A stretch of 63,535 nucleotides of DNA from Chara braunii. Taxonomy: Eukaryota > Plantae > Charophyceae. The stretch spans positions 1,533,917-1,597,451 of the forward strand of contig BFEA01000030.1 in assembly GCA_003427395.1 (NCBI GenBank), read 5' to 3'. A program made the position numbers and the translations under genes. Positions 24,860 to 36,905 of the stretch are shown here, piece by piece (position 1 is the stretch's first letter; every line of letters begins with the position of its first letter). The notes under the pieces are model-generated. The model saw nothing but the letters and a program-made list of their open reading frames with translations. It did not search any database and was not told the DNA's origin.

Positions 24860-27000
24860 ATGAGCTTTCCTATTGAGCAGGTCATTAGTGAGCGTCCAAT
24901 GAGACCTGGGGGGCATATTTCGTCGATCCGACAGGTACAGCGACCACAATTGAGTCTCGATCTGCTCCGTTTTGCAACTTTCTTCAGTACGGCAACCATC
25001 CACGCGGCGGCGGAATTTCGGTTTGCACGGACCAGCGGTCAAGTGCGGGTGTTGGCTGAGGTGTCGGCTTTTCTGCGGCTGTCTCCACCAGACGTCAGCC
25101 ACGTGACAGTGATCGTCGCCTTCACTGACGACCTTACAACATTGCATCCATTTATTCATACAGGCACCCTCTGACAGTTGCGACTCTAGGCGCGGGACCT
25201 CACGACTGCGTGGGTCCAACTTTTAGCTCGGCCGGGCGATCAGATCGATTCCAACAACGACATCGACCTCAGCCAGCTCAGACTTACTCTCACTATGCCG
25301 GAGGTTATCATCCCGAAGCTTCTTCCCTTCACGCCGCCTCAATGAACCGACACCGCCTCTCGACCTTCGGGCTCCCTTCCGATCTCCCTACCTTCTGGCA
25401 GACTGGCAGTCCACTACGGACGTCCCTCTCTCTTTTCGGATCAGGCAATTGGACGTGCCGATCCTTGACGCCGGCAAGTGGGCGGAGTGGTGGAACGCGT
25501 ACGTCGCGCTCAGCTTCTGCCTTCTCGAAGTGGTGTTCCATTGGGCGGAGCCGACTGATAAGGACGAGGAAGACGAAGTCCCCGATGTGGGCCGATGATG
25601 ACATGGAGCTGTTGATAATCCAGGCGTGGAGAACGCATACGGAAGGGGAGCTGTTGGGGATTCTGTTCGGAAAGGTGAGGAACGACCATCTGGAGCTAAT
25701 CCCGAGCGAAGTCCTGGTGTTCATGGCGCAACTCCTAGATGATCTGCCTCTACATATCATTTCGCGCTGTGATGAGCGGCCCACACTGGCGGCGCTCACC
25801 CGTACGTTGGTACCACATCTGTTGTGGTCCACGTGTACGGGGCTTGACCGGGACAACTACTACTACCCCTCCTCGGGCCACTATCTGTCAGTATGTGGTC
25901 ATTGATGTGACCGATCTCACCTTGTGGGATCCGATCACTCGAAGGGTGGAAGCAGAAGAAGAGGTAGATGAAGAGGAGGAAGAGAGAGAAGAGCCGAGCA
26001 AAGAAGAAGAAAAAGAAGAAAACTCGGGGGCAGAATCTGACGACCCCGATTACCACGAGTCTGAGGAGGGCAAGCTGGAAGGAAGTGAGTCAGGCGGATC
26101 GGGCAATTCCAGGCTTCCAGCGAACGGAGTGAGGAGGAAGACGAAGTCGCGGCCCAGAAGAGGCGGGAAAGGACAGAAGGAAAGCAGTCGGTGGAAGAGT
26201 CAGACGGACGCGCGACGCGGCTATTACAAGGCGACCCGGTACGCAATCCCGAGCCGCGACAAGAGGAGCTCGGAGGAGATGGCGTCTGCACCGCGGAGGG
26301 ATCCAGAAGCGAACGCCGTAGAATAAGTTTTTTGCCGGCTCAATCCTCTCCACTACCGTGGCCCACCATTCGCATACGTGGAGATGTGGGCGCTCGGGCT
26401 TCGTTATCCCTCCGTCCCCTTGATTACCTCACCCTCCATCAGATCGCAGGCTGCCCTCCGTTCCCCTCTAACTGGCATCCTTTCCCACCTTTCCTCTACC
26501 ACCAACTCTACTCTACCCGCCTCATTGCCACTGTTTTCCCACACGCCACCACTCGCTCTCCCATAACTTATTTTCCCCTCCACATCCTTCTCTTTAGCGC
26601 GGCATGGCAGGAATATAATAATATAGAGGTGTATTTCATAATCGCGGGTATCATCCCCACGGGCGAAGAGTATTAGAATTTCCTCGCCGCAATTCCCCGC
26701 ACCCTTTGTACCGTCTATCCTGATTACCTCGCCTCGCTCCCTCATCAAGATCATCGTTTCCCTCGCATCCATCGCACCGTCCACCACACCCGACTCTCTG
26801 CTGGAGATCGGCAGCTCCATCGCTTTCTGCCACCTCTCACCCACGTTCACCCTCCTCCTCCCCGCCCGTCATCAGGTTACCTTTCCCCGACAATCTCTAA
26901 GATCGGAGTTCGCGGGTGCCACCTGGATGACTACCTCACTCTCATCTTACGGCCAGTGGCACATGTCGGCTCGACGTTGATCGCTGGTATTTTCCCACGA
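24860..27000 (+). pseudogene. Additional sense-strand ORF remnants downstream of integrase (unknown function)
   Basis: Protein-like frames at 24860-25174, ~25580-26000 (ELLIIQAWRT...PHLLWSTC...VIDVTDLTLWDP plus an acidic run) and ~26500-26850 (YPDYLASLP...RFPRIHR, conserved with 51304-51504). Confidence 0.55.
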
Positions 27001-27054
27001 GATCGACGGATGAGTGGGTGAGCAAGCAGGAGCTTGCTCAAGATTGGAACCCCT

Positions 27055-27073
27055 TGGGCGTCACATATGTGAC
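27055..27073. other. Internal att-att-like palindromic junction TGGGCGTCACA-TA-TGTGAC at the expected PPT position
   Basis: Perfect palindrome GTCACATATGTGAC at 27060-27073; the same junction occurs at 51677-51696; the left half recurs at the element's right end, 29340-29350. Confidence 0.85.
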
Positions 27074-27792
27074 AAACTGTTTTCTGCAACCGCGCAATTT
27101 CCTGCACAAGGCTACTTCGGGAATTGAGTCGGGAAGGGCCCACAAGATTACATGGGTGCCCTTGCTTTTCTTGTTTTCTTCGGAATCGAGGCCGGGGTAA
27201 TCTTGCGACGGTTGGTAGCTGATCGCGCCTTAGCGAGCGTGAAAGATAACTGACAAACTGTTGACATAGCTTCTTTCTTGTTCTGCTGTGGGAAATGGGA
27301 ATTTCGGTGCGATCTTCGCACAGGAAAATCTTTTTGAATTTTCAACTGATGTCGAGCCCCCGGGGGGGCTGTAGGAATTTGCTTCGTCTGAATTTTCTTT
27401 TTGCAATTAGGATTTAGATTAGGAATTTAGGCGCATCTCAATTTGTGTTACACGGTGCTTCTCACTTGCGCACACTTTGCCGCGTCAGGATCTGTGTTCT
27501 GACTTTTTCGCGCGTTAATCCTTGTGTGCAACTGTAACTTTTGTTTCGATGGACGTAATTGCAACTGTAATCCTCTCGTTCTTGATATCTTTCGTGGCGT
27601 CCCTTTGCGCGCGTACTTCTTCCTCTGTCCTATTGGCCTGAATGCTTGCATGACCGGATCAATGCGTGGAGTGAGGCTACATCCCCCATGTCGCGGCCTG
27701 GCCATGCAAACATATGCACTTCCTTCCTCCTCCTTCTTTGTCACTCAAGCACAACCCCGGGTATCTCGCGCAAGCGGCGCAAGCATGCATGC

Positions 27793-27798
27793 TATAAA
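27793..27798 (+). promoter_or_regulatory. Putative LTR TATA box
   Basis: GCTATAAAT..TGCAAGCGCG is conserved with 52428-52449 in the divergent LTR. Confidence 0.55.
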
Positions 27799-28052
27799 TC
27801 TTGCAAGCGCGAGTAACTCACTGTCTAAGAATTTTGGAGTTAGCCGGGCCGAGAGGGTCGGCTAACGAGCAAGAGTTGGAAGGTGAGCAGAGAGTTGGGC
27901 GATCCGACAAGCTGGTGCTGGGCATGCGGGGTTGACGTGGGGCCACGAAGGACTGTGGCGCACGGGCGAAACTGACTTGCATGTTCAGACTAAGTGGGGT
28001 GACGACTTTGTGTGGGTGCGAGGCGATGGACTGCCCGCATCGGGATGTTGTG

Positions 28053-28119
<67 letters not shown>

Positions 28120-28449
28120 TCCTTGTTTTCTGTCCTAGGAGACTGGTGTATGGATTGTCTTCCTCTCCCCCCCTTTTCTCTGTCTTTTTGAATCGGCAAA
28201 TCTGATTGATTGGTTATAGGCGATCGAACCTTATGTGATCTCTGAGCTGATTGGCCAAAGAATTGTTGCATAAGGATCCTCGATTCCTTTTGTTTGTATA
28301 TAAGCTAGATGCATGGACGTTAGGTGTGATTCTGTATGTGTATGAATTATGTAAGCATGCTAGTCTGCTAGACGATTAGATGACCATCTCACTATAGAAC
28401 GATCAATCTCCCGAACCACTGACTTTCACCCAACTGATCAAAGGACAGG

Positions 28450-29143
28450 TCCCTCGCACACACGTGTAGGCTCGACCAAAGACGATCGCTTCCTACACGC
28501 GCGTTTGAGAAACCTGAACTCGACAAATTTCCTGAATGACTGGCTTTCCACCCCGACTTGCAACACGAATTCCGGCGTCCGCTTTCGTGTCACTGACCGC
28601 GAGTGTTTGAGGGATCGGGAATTCCGAGAATATTGGGAACACTCTTGCCTGTCTGCACGACCCAGAGTGGAACCTCTGGAATTTCCTTACTTAACGGGGA
28701 AATAACGTATTTTTGAGTGGGACCTCGACTAGGCCTTGAGACGTATCCCCCATCTCCCCAACTACTCTAGCCCATACACGTGTCATGTCGTCACAGAGGC
28801 CGGGATCAGTATCTTAGGGACCAAATTCCCTCCCTATCACTGCATCCTACCCTATCACTCCCTAACCATCGTCCCCTGGCTCGCAATCGGTCCTTACTGG
28901 CCCCAACCCCCATGCTCAAAGTGTCTGTGGGGCCACGAGTACCAAGCCTCCGGCTTCATCCGACGAACTCGCTCGGAGGAAGAACGGCGGGCGCACAACC
29001 TCCGATTGAGTTCGGTCCTGTCGGACGCGGAGGCTTGCGACGTTCGATGTCAGCAGGTGATAAACCATCGCGATAGCCATAGCGTCCCGACGGTGCACCA
29101 GATACGACCCCGACCTGGACGACAAAACGAACAGAGGCGGTAA
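28450..29143 (+). pseudogene. LTR-encoded CxxC protein, copy 2
   Basis: ORFs 28505-28705 and 28736-29143 are in the same frame, separated by point stops; homologous to 17850-18561. Confidence 0.65.
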
Positions 29144-29350
29144 CTCTGTTTCCCGAAGCACAAAACAGGACTTCAGTCTACGCCTACCCTCCTGCATTCT
29201 TATCCCGGAGTTTGCCACAGGAGATTTCAGTTCCGACCTGGGACTTCACCCTTTCTTTCCTAAAATCTTTGGCACACCCTATTTTCGCACTTCCAAGCCC
29301 AATCACACTCCGATCGGGAAGTCGCGTCGTGCGTGAGGTTGGGTGTCACA

Positions 29351-31730
29351 CCCCCTCTTCCTCTGAAAACTCAGATATCTTGACCCATACATAACTTCCC
29401 TCATTGTAAGTCGTCGGTCTGCGCTTTTTGTTGGCATGATGGATCATGGTATGTCATCGCTTGGTCATTAGGAACAAGTAAGAAAGAGGGTTGCAAATCT
29501 TCCAACTTAAATGCAGCCTGTTTGGCGCCATACTGATGAAATAGTGAAGTTGTGTTACGGTCCAATCGATCTCCTCAACCAAGCCATTGGCTTCGGGGTG
29601 TAGACTATATATCATTTTTAGTTTGATACCATGGAGTTGGGAAGTGAAGTCCCTCCAATCGGTACTTATGAAGCGGGTGTCCCGATTACTCAGAAGGGTT
29701 TTCAGAGGCCCGTACTGCATAATGTATTTCTGGTGGAATGCATGGATCAAAAGATCAGTTGGAGCATGGCGTGGCAATGAAATTGGATTCAAAAACTTGA
29801 AAAAACGGTCAACAAGCATCATCATTTGTGAAAACTCATTCTTACTCAACTTACCCATGTTTATAAAATCAATGGAGACGGACTCACCGGGACCGTCGGG
29901 AATGGGAAGAGGTTTGAGCAGCCTTGTGAGCTTTTGCCTAGACACTGTAGATGGATTGATTCGTTTACATACTTCACACTCAGCCACAAACTTGTGAGCA
30001 GATCCTTTTGTATCGGGTCAATCAAACTGTTGTAGTAGACTTCCGTATGTCTTATCAAAACTGCAATGTCCACTTCGGCCATGAGCCAAGTCCAGGAAGT
30101 AAGTACGGAGAGGCTTATGGTTGGGTACACACAATTGGCCATTCTTTCCGTACTGTCAAAAAATATGACCCTCACAATCGTGGACATCAGGCTGACTGCT
30201 TGGGTCAGCCTTGAGCTGCTCAAGGATTGGACTAAGGTCCGGATCGGATTCCATGGGTCATCCTTGAGCTGCTCAAGGATTGGACTAAGGTCCGGATCGG
30301 ATTCCTTGGCAGTTGTCTTTAGACTCTTCACTAGTTCCAACATCAGGCTGACTGCTTGGGTCAACCTTGAGCTGCTCAAGGATTGGACTAAGGTCCGGAT
30401 CGGATTTCTTGGCAGTTGTCTTTATTAGTTCCTCCTTCAATTTTTTTTCTGAGGTCGTAGGAGTTCACAAGGCAAGTCATATACTTTGGATGGCAGAACA
30501 ATGCATCAACAACTTAATTATAACAACCCTTCTTGTGCTTCAATTCAAAGTAAAAACCATCAATCTCATGCAACCAGCAGGTCAATGTTGTAGATGGATG
30601 ATTTTGCGTCTTAATCCATTTCAAAGTCTCATGGTCTAAGAAAACATTGAAATGGTGACCCAAGAGGTAATGTTTCCAGTGGTCTAGTGCCCCTCTCAAG
30701 GCATATAGCTCTCTCATGTAGGTGAAAGTAACTTTTGACTGGGCATGCATTTGCTGTAGGACTCGAGCGGACGCAAGTCATCACCATTTTGTTGAAGTAC
30801 TGCTGCCACTGCATCATTCTCATATTGGGTCGCGTCCATACTGACTACGAATGTGAGTTCTTGATCTGCAATGCGGAGCACTTGATGACTCACCGAAGCC
30901 TCTTTTAAGGCTTGGAAGGAAGTCTCACATGCTCGGTCCCATATGTAAGATATATTCTTGCTTGTGAGTCTAAACAGTGGGCGAGTAATGATAGAAAATC
31001 TGGGAACAAACTTCCGGTAGTACGACGCAAGACCAAGAATGGAACGCAGGGTGGTCAACCCTTGGCCCATCATCTCCCCAAGTGTATCCTCAGGGAACAC
31101 CACATTCACATACGGCACAAAATCGTCCCCAAGGGTTTCCCAAAAATGAAGTCAAAACTTCTTGGGGAAGGCATATAATCCCGACGTCTTTCTGTCGTTC
31201 ATGCCTTGCAATGCCTGCAGGAGATCTGTGCGGATGAGGGGGGAGTCCAATGTGTTTCTTTGTTGTGTTCACAATATGGAGAGGAGAGCATTGAGTAGCG
31301 TCGCTCTAGCCTTTTCCAAAGTATGTGTTTGCCTCTGGCCGATCTCTGATGTGAACAAATGTCTATAGTCGATAGAGGCATAATTAACAATTTGGTAAGC
31401 GTTTGTGGCCTTTGGTTAGGTGTCATCAAAGGGATGCTTGAGGGACGACACCAAAATTTGTCTAGCCCTCACCTTTGCCTCGTTGAAAAATGTTTTGTTC
31501 ATCATGCCTTCGGCCACATCTTTGTAAATTTTAGCTTGGATCCTCAATTTTTGGGCCTGAGCATCAAGGTGGTTTGTAGTTGGGGCCTTGCGGGCACGTG
31601 CAGGGGGTTGTCCATGAGGTGCCTATCCCACTCCTCCAGTTGGAGCAACAGGTGATCCAAGGTGGCATTGCGGTCCCGCACAATTTTGATGGAGAGTTCT
31701 TTTACTCTCTCTGAGTTGCGGAATGTCGTC
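29351..31730 (-). pseudogene. pol: Host chromoviral gypsy pol remnant (RT end, RNase H, integrase), right half of the interrupted element
   Basis: LRSILGLASYYRKFV, RELYALRGALDHWKHYLLG...DHETL, CEVCKR...LKPLPIPDGPGESVSIDF...VDRF...SNRDTRF...HPEANGLVE. Confidence 0.9.
30184..30422. repeat. Local tandem duplications inside the host pol
   Basis: CCTTGAGCTGCTCAAGGATTGGACTAAGGTCCGGATCGGATT occurs three times. Confidence 0.85.
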
Positions 31731-32799
31731 ATTAAAACGCATACGCACGCCTGCAGGTTTCTTGGTCAGGATCTAAAGACGCCATGCACGGCTGATACAT
31801 GAGTACAAAGTTGGGGGTCAGAGATCTAAGGACCACTGATACACTCATACAACGGCGAGAGAGGGAAAGGAAAACGTACACGGAAAGGCAGGAAACACCA
31901 AGGGTCTGGAGCGGGAAGGAAGTCGGGATGCAGAAACAACAGCAATCGGTCCGCAGAGCCAGATCAATCTGCGGAACGCAGAGCATCAAGCACGACCTTG
32001 TCCAATGCGAGGTGGCGCAATATGGGCAAAATAGTTGACGTTATTCATGACGGTCCCCGGAGTGTTTTTTCGCAGTGAGGTTGACAACATGAATTTTTTT
32101 TTGCATATTAATGATGTTTTTTTTAATTTTTTTCAAGTATTTCAGAATATGACTTGAACCTGTGAGATAATCGCAGGAAACAGATCCGAAACGTTTTTTC
32201 GGAATAAGGCACTACCCGGATGGGGATAAAACAATATAAAATGGAGCACCGAGGGTGTACTCGATAAGCAGTCTGAGTGAGCCAGGAGCAGAATGACTAT
32301 TTAAAGCGCAAATGCAGTTGCGCTAGCTACAATGTGATTTGTTTCACGATATGTAAAACTCCAAGTTACATTGTTTTTACGAACTGTCGTATTGAACCAG
32401 AGGAACGACCTTGCAATTAAGCTTGGGAATGCTCCTCTAGTGCCATCTATAGAATCGTGATGCAGTGATTCCGATTGTTGAAACCACGAACAATCCATGG
32501 ACGTGCATCCATTCTTACTTGGCGTTAATCTTTCTTGGTCTTTCTTGGTGTTAATTTTACTATATATTTTTATTTATTCATTCATTCGCGATTGAGATCG
32601 TACAAATCAAGGTACGATCGGTGTGAATGCACTTACGATGGATACAAGGGTGACTAGTGTGACTGCTAGGCGGAACGATCTGGGCGAAAGAGACACTTGC
32701 TGAAGTTTTGCAACCAAGGTCGGTCTTCAAGGTCAAAGAGAGCGCATGTACGGACGCGGAAGGGGAAAAGGGCGGTGGTCAGGCTGTAGACGCTACTAG

Positions 32800-34069
32800 A
32801 TGGAGTTCCCTGCGGGAATGCAAACTCCGCCGATGCAAGTCGCAGCAACAGTAGCACAGACCACACAACCTCTAGGCGCTACTCCAACATCAGCTATCGT
32901 ACCAATGGCAGCACCTATGGTGCACCTGATGGCGCAGCCAGCGCCTGTACCTTTCTATCAGCCGGGATATTATCCACCCCCATATGGGTGGCAAGGCGGA
33001 TGGAATCAATCAGGCGTGGCGCGCCCGCCATCGGCGAACAAGTTCCCTGAACCAGGAAATCGAGCCTGGTTCACCAAGGAACACCTCGAGCTGATAGAAA
33101 AGTGGAAGGCGCGTGAATCGAGTGAGGAGAGTCGAAAGAGCGAGAAGGGGGAATCAAGTGGAGGAAGCAAAAGCAATAAGAAAGGAAGAGGGAGTAAGGA
33201 ATCTGAAAGCAGCGAGGAGCGACTGAAGTCGTGGATCTCCAACACATTCGGGACATCGTTGAAGAAGATCTCCGAGAAACTGGACGAGATTGAGGCGAAG
33301 ACCAAGGCGAAAGGGAAGGCCGGAGAATCGGATGAAGAAGGAGATGGGAAGCCACGAAAAGAGAAAGAGAGGAGTAAATTCCCTAGCACTCAGTAAGGTG
33401 AGGGTGAGATCAAGGACAAGAAATGGAAGAGATACAGTAATAGTACGACAACCCAGAATCAACATCTCCTCGAACGACGAAGACGCGAAGGCCAATGTCC
33501 GCACAACTTGAAATTGTGGCATCGACGTCAAGCACGAGTTTGAAGCGAACGGCGGAAACAATAAGTTAGATGAGATCGTGACCCTGCTAGGAGCACTGGC
33601 AGAAAAAGGAAAAGAGGGGACGCAGAAATGTGAAGGCGAACAAATGGAAGGAGTAAGAGAGAGGGAGGAGAGAGAAAGGGAAATCGAGAAAGAAAGGGAA
33701 AGAGAGAAGGAGAAAAAAAAAAAGAAGGGGAAAGGAAAAACTCTGTCAGAGAGCGAAACAAAAAACGACACAAAAAGATCTGTCACAGGAGAGGAAACGG
33801 AAGGGAAGATGAAAGAAGGGGATGTCATCGAGTACATGAAAGGAAGGTTGGATTATTATATGGAAATGAGTGTGAAAGATGTGAAGGCATTTTGTGTGAA
33901 GCGGGGTGTGAAGAATGCACGGAAGGACAAATGCGCATGGCAGCTGGCAAAACAAGACGCTGAACATTATACGAAGCCGGTAAACCGCGAAGATGAAGAC
34001 TACTCCGAGGAATCAGAAGACGGCGGACAAGGAGAACGAAGTGAGCAGCGAGCAATCGGTCGACGATGA
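32800..34069 (+). pseudogene. PLE1 upstream ORF: Pro/Gln-rich, charged/coiled-coil, C-terminal SAP/HeH-like motif
   Basis: ORFs 32800-33396 and 33578-34069; YYMEMSVKDVKAFCVKRGVKNARKDKCAWQLAKQD. Confidence 0.6.
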
Positions 34070-34123
34070 CTCCAATGGCGTCACGGGACATTAAATTTTC
34101 CCTCAAAACGAGCATGGTAGCGT

Positions 34124-36905
34124 GTGATGAAGAAATTAAGTAGCCTGCTTGCAAGGGACGAATTTAAAACTCGTGGTTTAGCTAATCTCAGGAAAGAGAT
34201 TGAGAAGATTTTCAGACTAGGCGTAATCTTGGGTTGTGTCTTGGGATTCATGCGAAATGTCGGGCAGACTAGGAGAAAAATTGAGGAGAGATGGGCAGAG
34301 CATCGCAGAGACATGAGAAATGCACGGTTTAAAGTCAATAAATGGCTGGGAAAGAAAGGAGAGGAGAACTACACTATGATCCCATTGTGGTTTTGACATA
34401 AGGATGACTTGAAATGTATGGAGAACACGATAATTAAACATGAAAATCCCGGTCTGAATATGCGAAAACAAAATCAGAAAGGGAAAACACGACGATCTAG
34501 AAAGAAGGACAATAAATCTATCCCTGCGCCACAATGTAGGGAGTGGGAACCACTTTGTTTTTCTGCTCCTGGTGTTGGGATAGATGGGACAATTAATCTT
34601 GTAAAAATTCTTCATGTCGCAAAAGGAAGAAGTCGCCCCGTAAGAATCAGCAATGAATCTGCGAAAAAATAGGGGAAGACTTGGCAGGTGGCGAAAATGA
34701 TCTTTGGCTCTTGCAAAATCTGTATCAACGGAGCAAAACTGTTGTTGAAGGATGCAAAATCGGAGATTGAAAAAGGCGGGGTATGGTTCGTAGAAGAAGT
34801 GGTAAGAATGAGAACTAATGCAGACTGGCAAAAATCCGAGATCATCGCACTACTAAGAGCTCCGTGGAAACGGGAAGAGCTTGTAAAGAAGGAAACAAAC
34901 GAGCTATTTGCTATGCTAAAAAGTTTGAGGGAAATTAGTAATAAGAATGACAGACATATATTACGTTGTGTTTTATCCAAAGAGTTCAAAAAAGGAGTCG
35001 GTATCAATCCTAGAATTCGGTTGGTAGTAAAAATTTCATTTAGTGACAATTTGAGTAAGAGAGAGGTAAGAGACGAGTTTTGCTCATGGATAGAGGAAAA
35101 GATTAAACCAAGGGAACTCAACGACCTGATGCAGAAGAAATTCCGGGTGGTCTGGAATAAGTCCAAATCAGTTGGAGATTTATTGCACAATCACAAACAC
35201 ATAGCTAAGTCGGAAGGCGCTTGTGTTTGTGATGAATTTGAACTGCCGAAAGAAAACGAGCATGTCCGGGTCCAATTGAGTGACATACCAGGGATTCATC
35301 CTTTCCTCCACAACTCCAGAAACGTACCTACCCCTGGGCGAGTATGTAGCTTAAATGATATTAAGGTAGCTTGTGAAACTACAGTGCAACCATTAAAGAA
35401 AGCGGGTCTCATTGGATGGTCTGAAAAGGTACAAGTAAAACCCATGAAAATGAGCGTGGGAAAGAACACGGCAAGAGAATGTATCCAGGTAGAATACGTG
35501 AATGGAGTAAAAATCGCATTACAAGGACTAGTCCTCTCACCCCTTGACCGAAATCCTGGTGGCATGTTGGTTGAATGCCCCTAGCAGTATAGTCAAGGGA
35601 TGATGAAGACATTTATTTCCAACAACAACTACCAAAAGATAGAAGCAGGGGAAACAGAAATTATGAAAGAAATGAAGGAAGAATTTTGGAAATGAAAACT
35701 GAACAGGATTGCAAACTGGAATCAGGACGGTCGAATTCAACATTCCTTCATAATGAGCAAGAATAAAGATTTGGACAAAAAACGACCAATATGTCCCTCA
35801 TATCAAAACCCCACAAGATCTGCATGTAAAGCACTAACTCAAGCATTGAATTTAATGATCGAAAAAACAAAGAAAGATCATTTTAACATGAGAGCCACAA
35901 AAGATTTGAAACCGGAGATGAAAAGAATCAACGAGAAAGTGGAGAAACTTGGGCCGGATGCGGGAATTCTGTGTCGGACATATGGCATAAAAGAAATGTT
36001 CACTATGATACCCCACAGAGAAGTAAAAAAAGACATGGTCCATTGGGTCATGAGCGAATTCGGAGAAAAGGAACGACATTGGGTGAGGATAAAAGTACAA
36101 CCAAAGGGGGCAAAATTCAACAAATCTGCTGGTGAAGGAGGGTGGAAATCAATAAGATTATTGGATTTGGAAAATCTGGTCAATTTTATCTTAGACCATG
36201 TATTTTTCAAATCTATGGAAGAAATCTTACGGCAACATACGGGCATTCCAATGGGGGGATATGCAAGCCCCTCATTAGCATGCCTGGTGTGCATGCATGC
36301 CGAGTATAAGTTCATGAGATCTCTGGGAAAAGAAGCAAAATTTATCAGCGGAAAAAGATTTATCGATGACCTGCTGCTGATCACTTGGTACGCAGACAGG
36401 GGAGGAAAAGGAACAACAAATAAAAGACTGGATAAGATAAGTGGATGCTATCACAGAAAGCTGATTCTGCAAAGAACTGGTGATGACAATAATATCACCG
36501 ATTTTTCAGAGAACCATAATGGTTACGGAGGGACCTAGTAGAATAATGTGCACACATAAATTTAAAAACTTTGACAACGTGTGGAAACTGGAATCTACGA
36601 AAATCTTTACAACTAGGCGATTTGATTCATTTGGTTCCAAAGAGCAGAAGATGGCCTTCATAGTTGGGACGATACATAGGATAAACGCGAACACTTCTGA
36701 ACCTGGAACATTGGTATTAAGCATGCTCACGTTGCACAGGGAACTAAAAACGTTGGGATTCCCTAGCCACATGATTACAGACGGAGTAAGAAAAGTGGCG
36801 AGGAGGGTGGGAGGGAGAATATGGCCTCAACTGTGCACTCACCTGGAAGATCTGTATGGCATAAAGCGCAGACGCACGCCTGCAGGTTTCTTGGTCAGGA
36901 TCTAA
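34124..36905 (+). pseudogene. PLE1 GIY-YIG endonuclease (partly deleted) plus reverse transcriptase, disrupted
   Basis: VGQTRRKIEERWAEH...ENTIIKHENPGLN; HNH...CVC...H; PLDRNPG; KRPIC; YGIKEMFTMIPH; RQHTGIPMGGYASPSLA; RFIDD. Confidence 0.9.

Larger units (their letters stand above)
16472..29350 (+). mobile_element. Near full-length, decayed Ty3/gypsy-type LTR retrotransposon (~12.9 kb) with atypical termini
   Basis: Termini TGTGA...TCACA; CCCC on both flanks (16468-16471, 29351-29354); two ~2.3 kb LTRs; domain order gag-PR-RT-RH-IN is gypsy-type. Confidence 0.92.
27068..29350 (+). repeat. 3' LTR plus terminal 11-nt B segment
   Basis: Collinear with 16472-18748; ends GCGTGAGGT-TGGGTGTCACA. 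Confidence 0.9.

Noticed and set aside
27004-27060. Chromodomain-like peptide DEWVSKQEL before the 3' LTR
   Set aside because: It is too short, lacks the upstream chromodomain motifs, and is better explained by the nucleotide hairpin, which has an indel in the relative.
31733-32700. Hammerhead ribozyme in the PLE1 pseudo-LTR
   Set aside because: No CTGANGA...GAAA core with pairing stems was found by eye; it may be degenerate.
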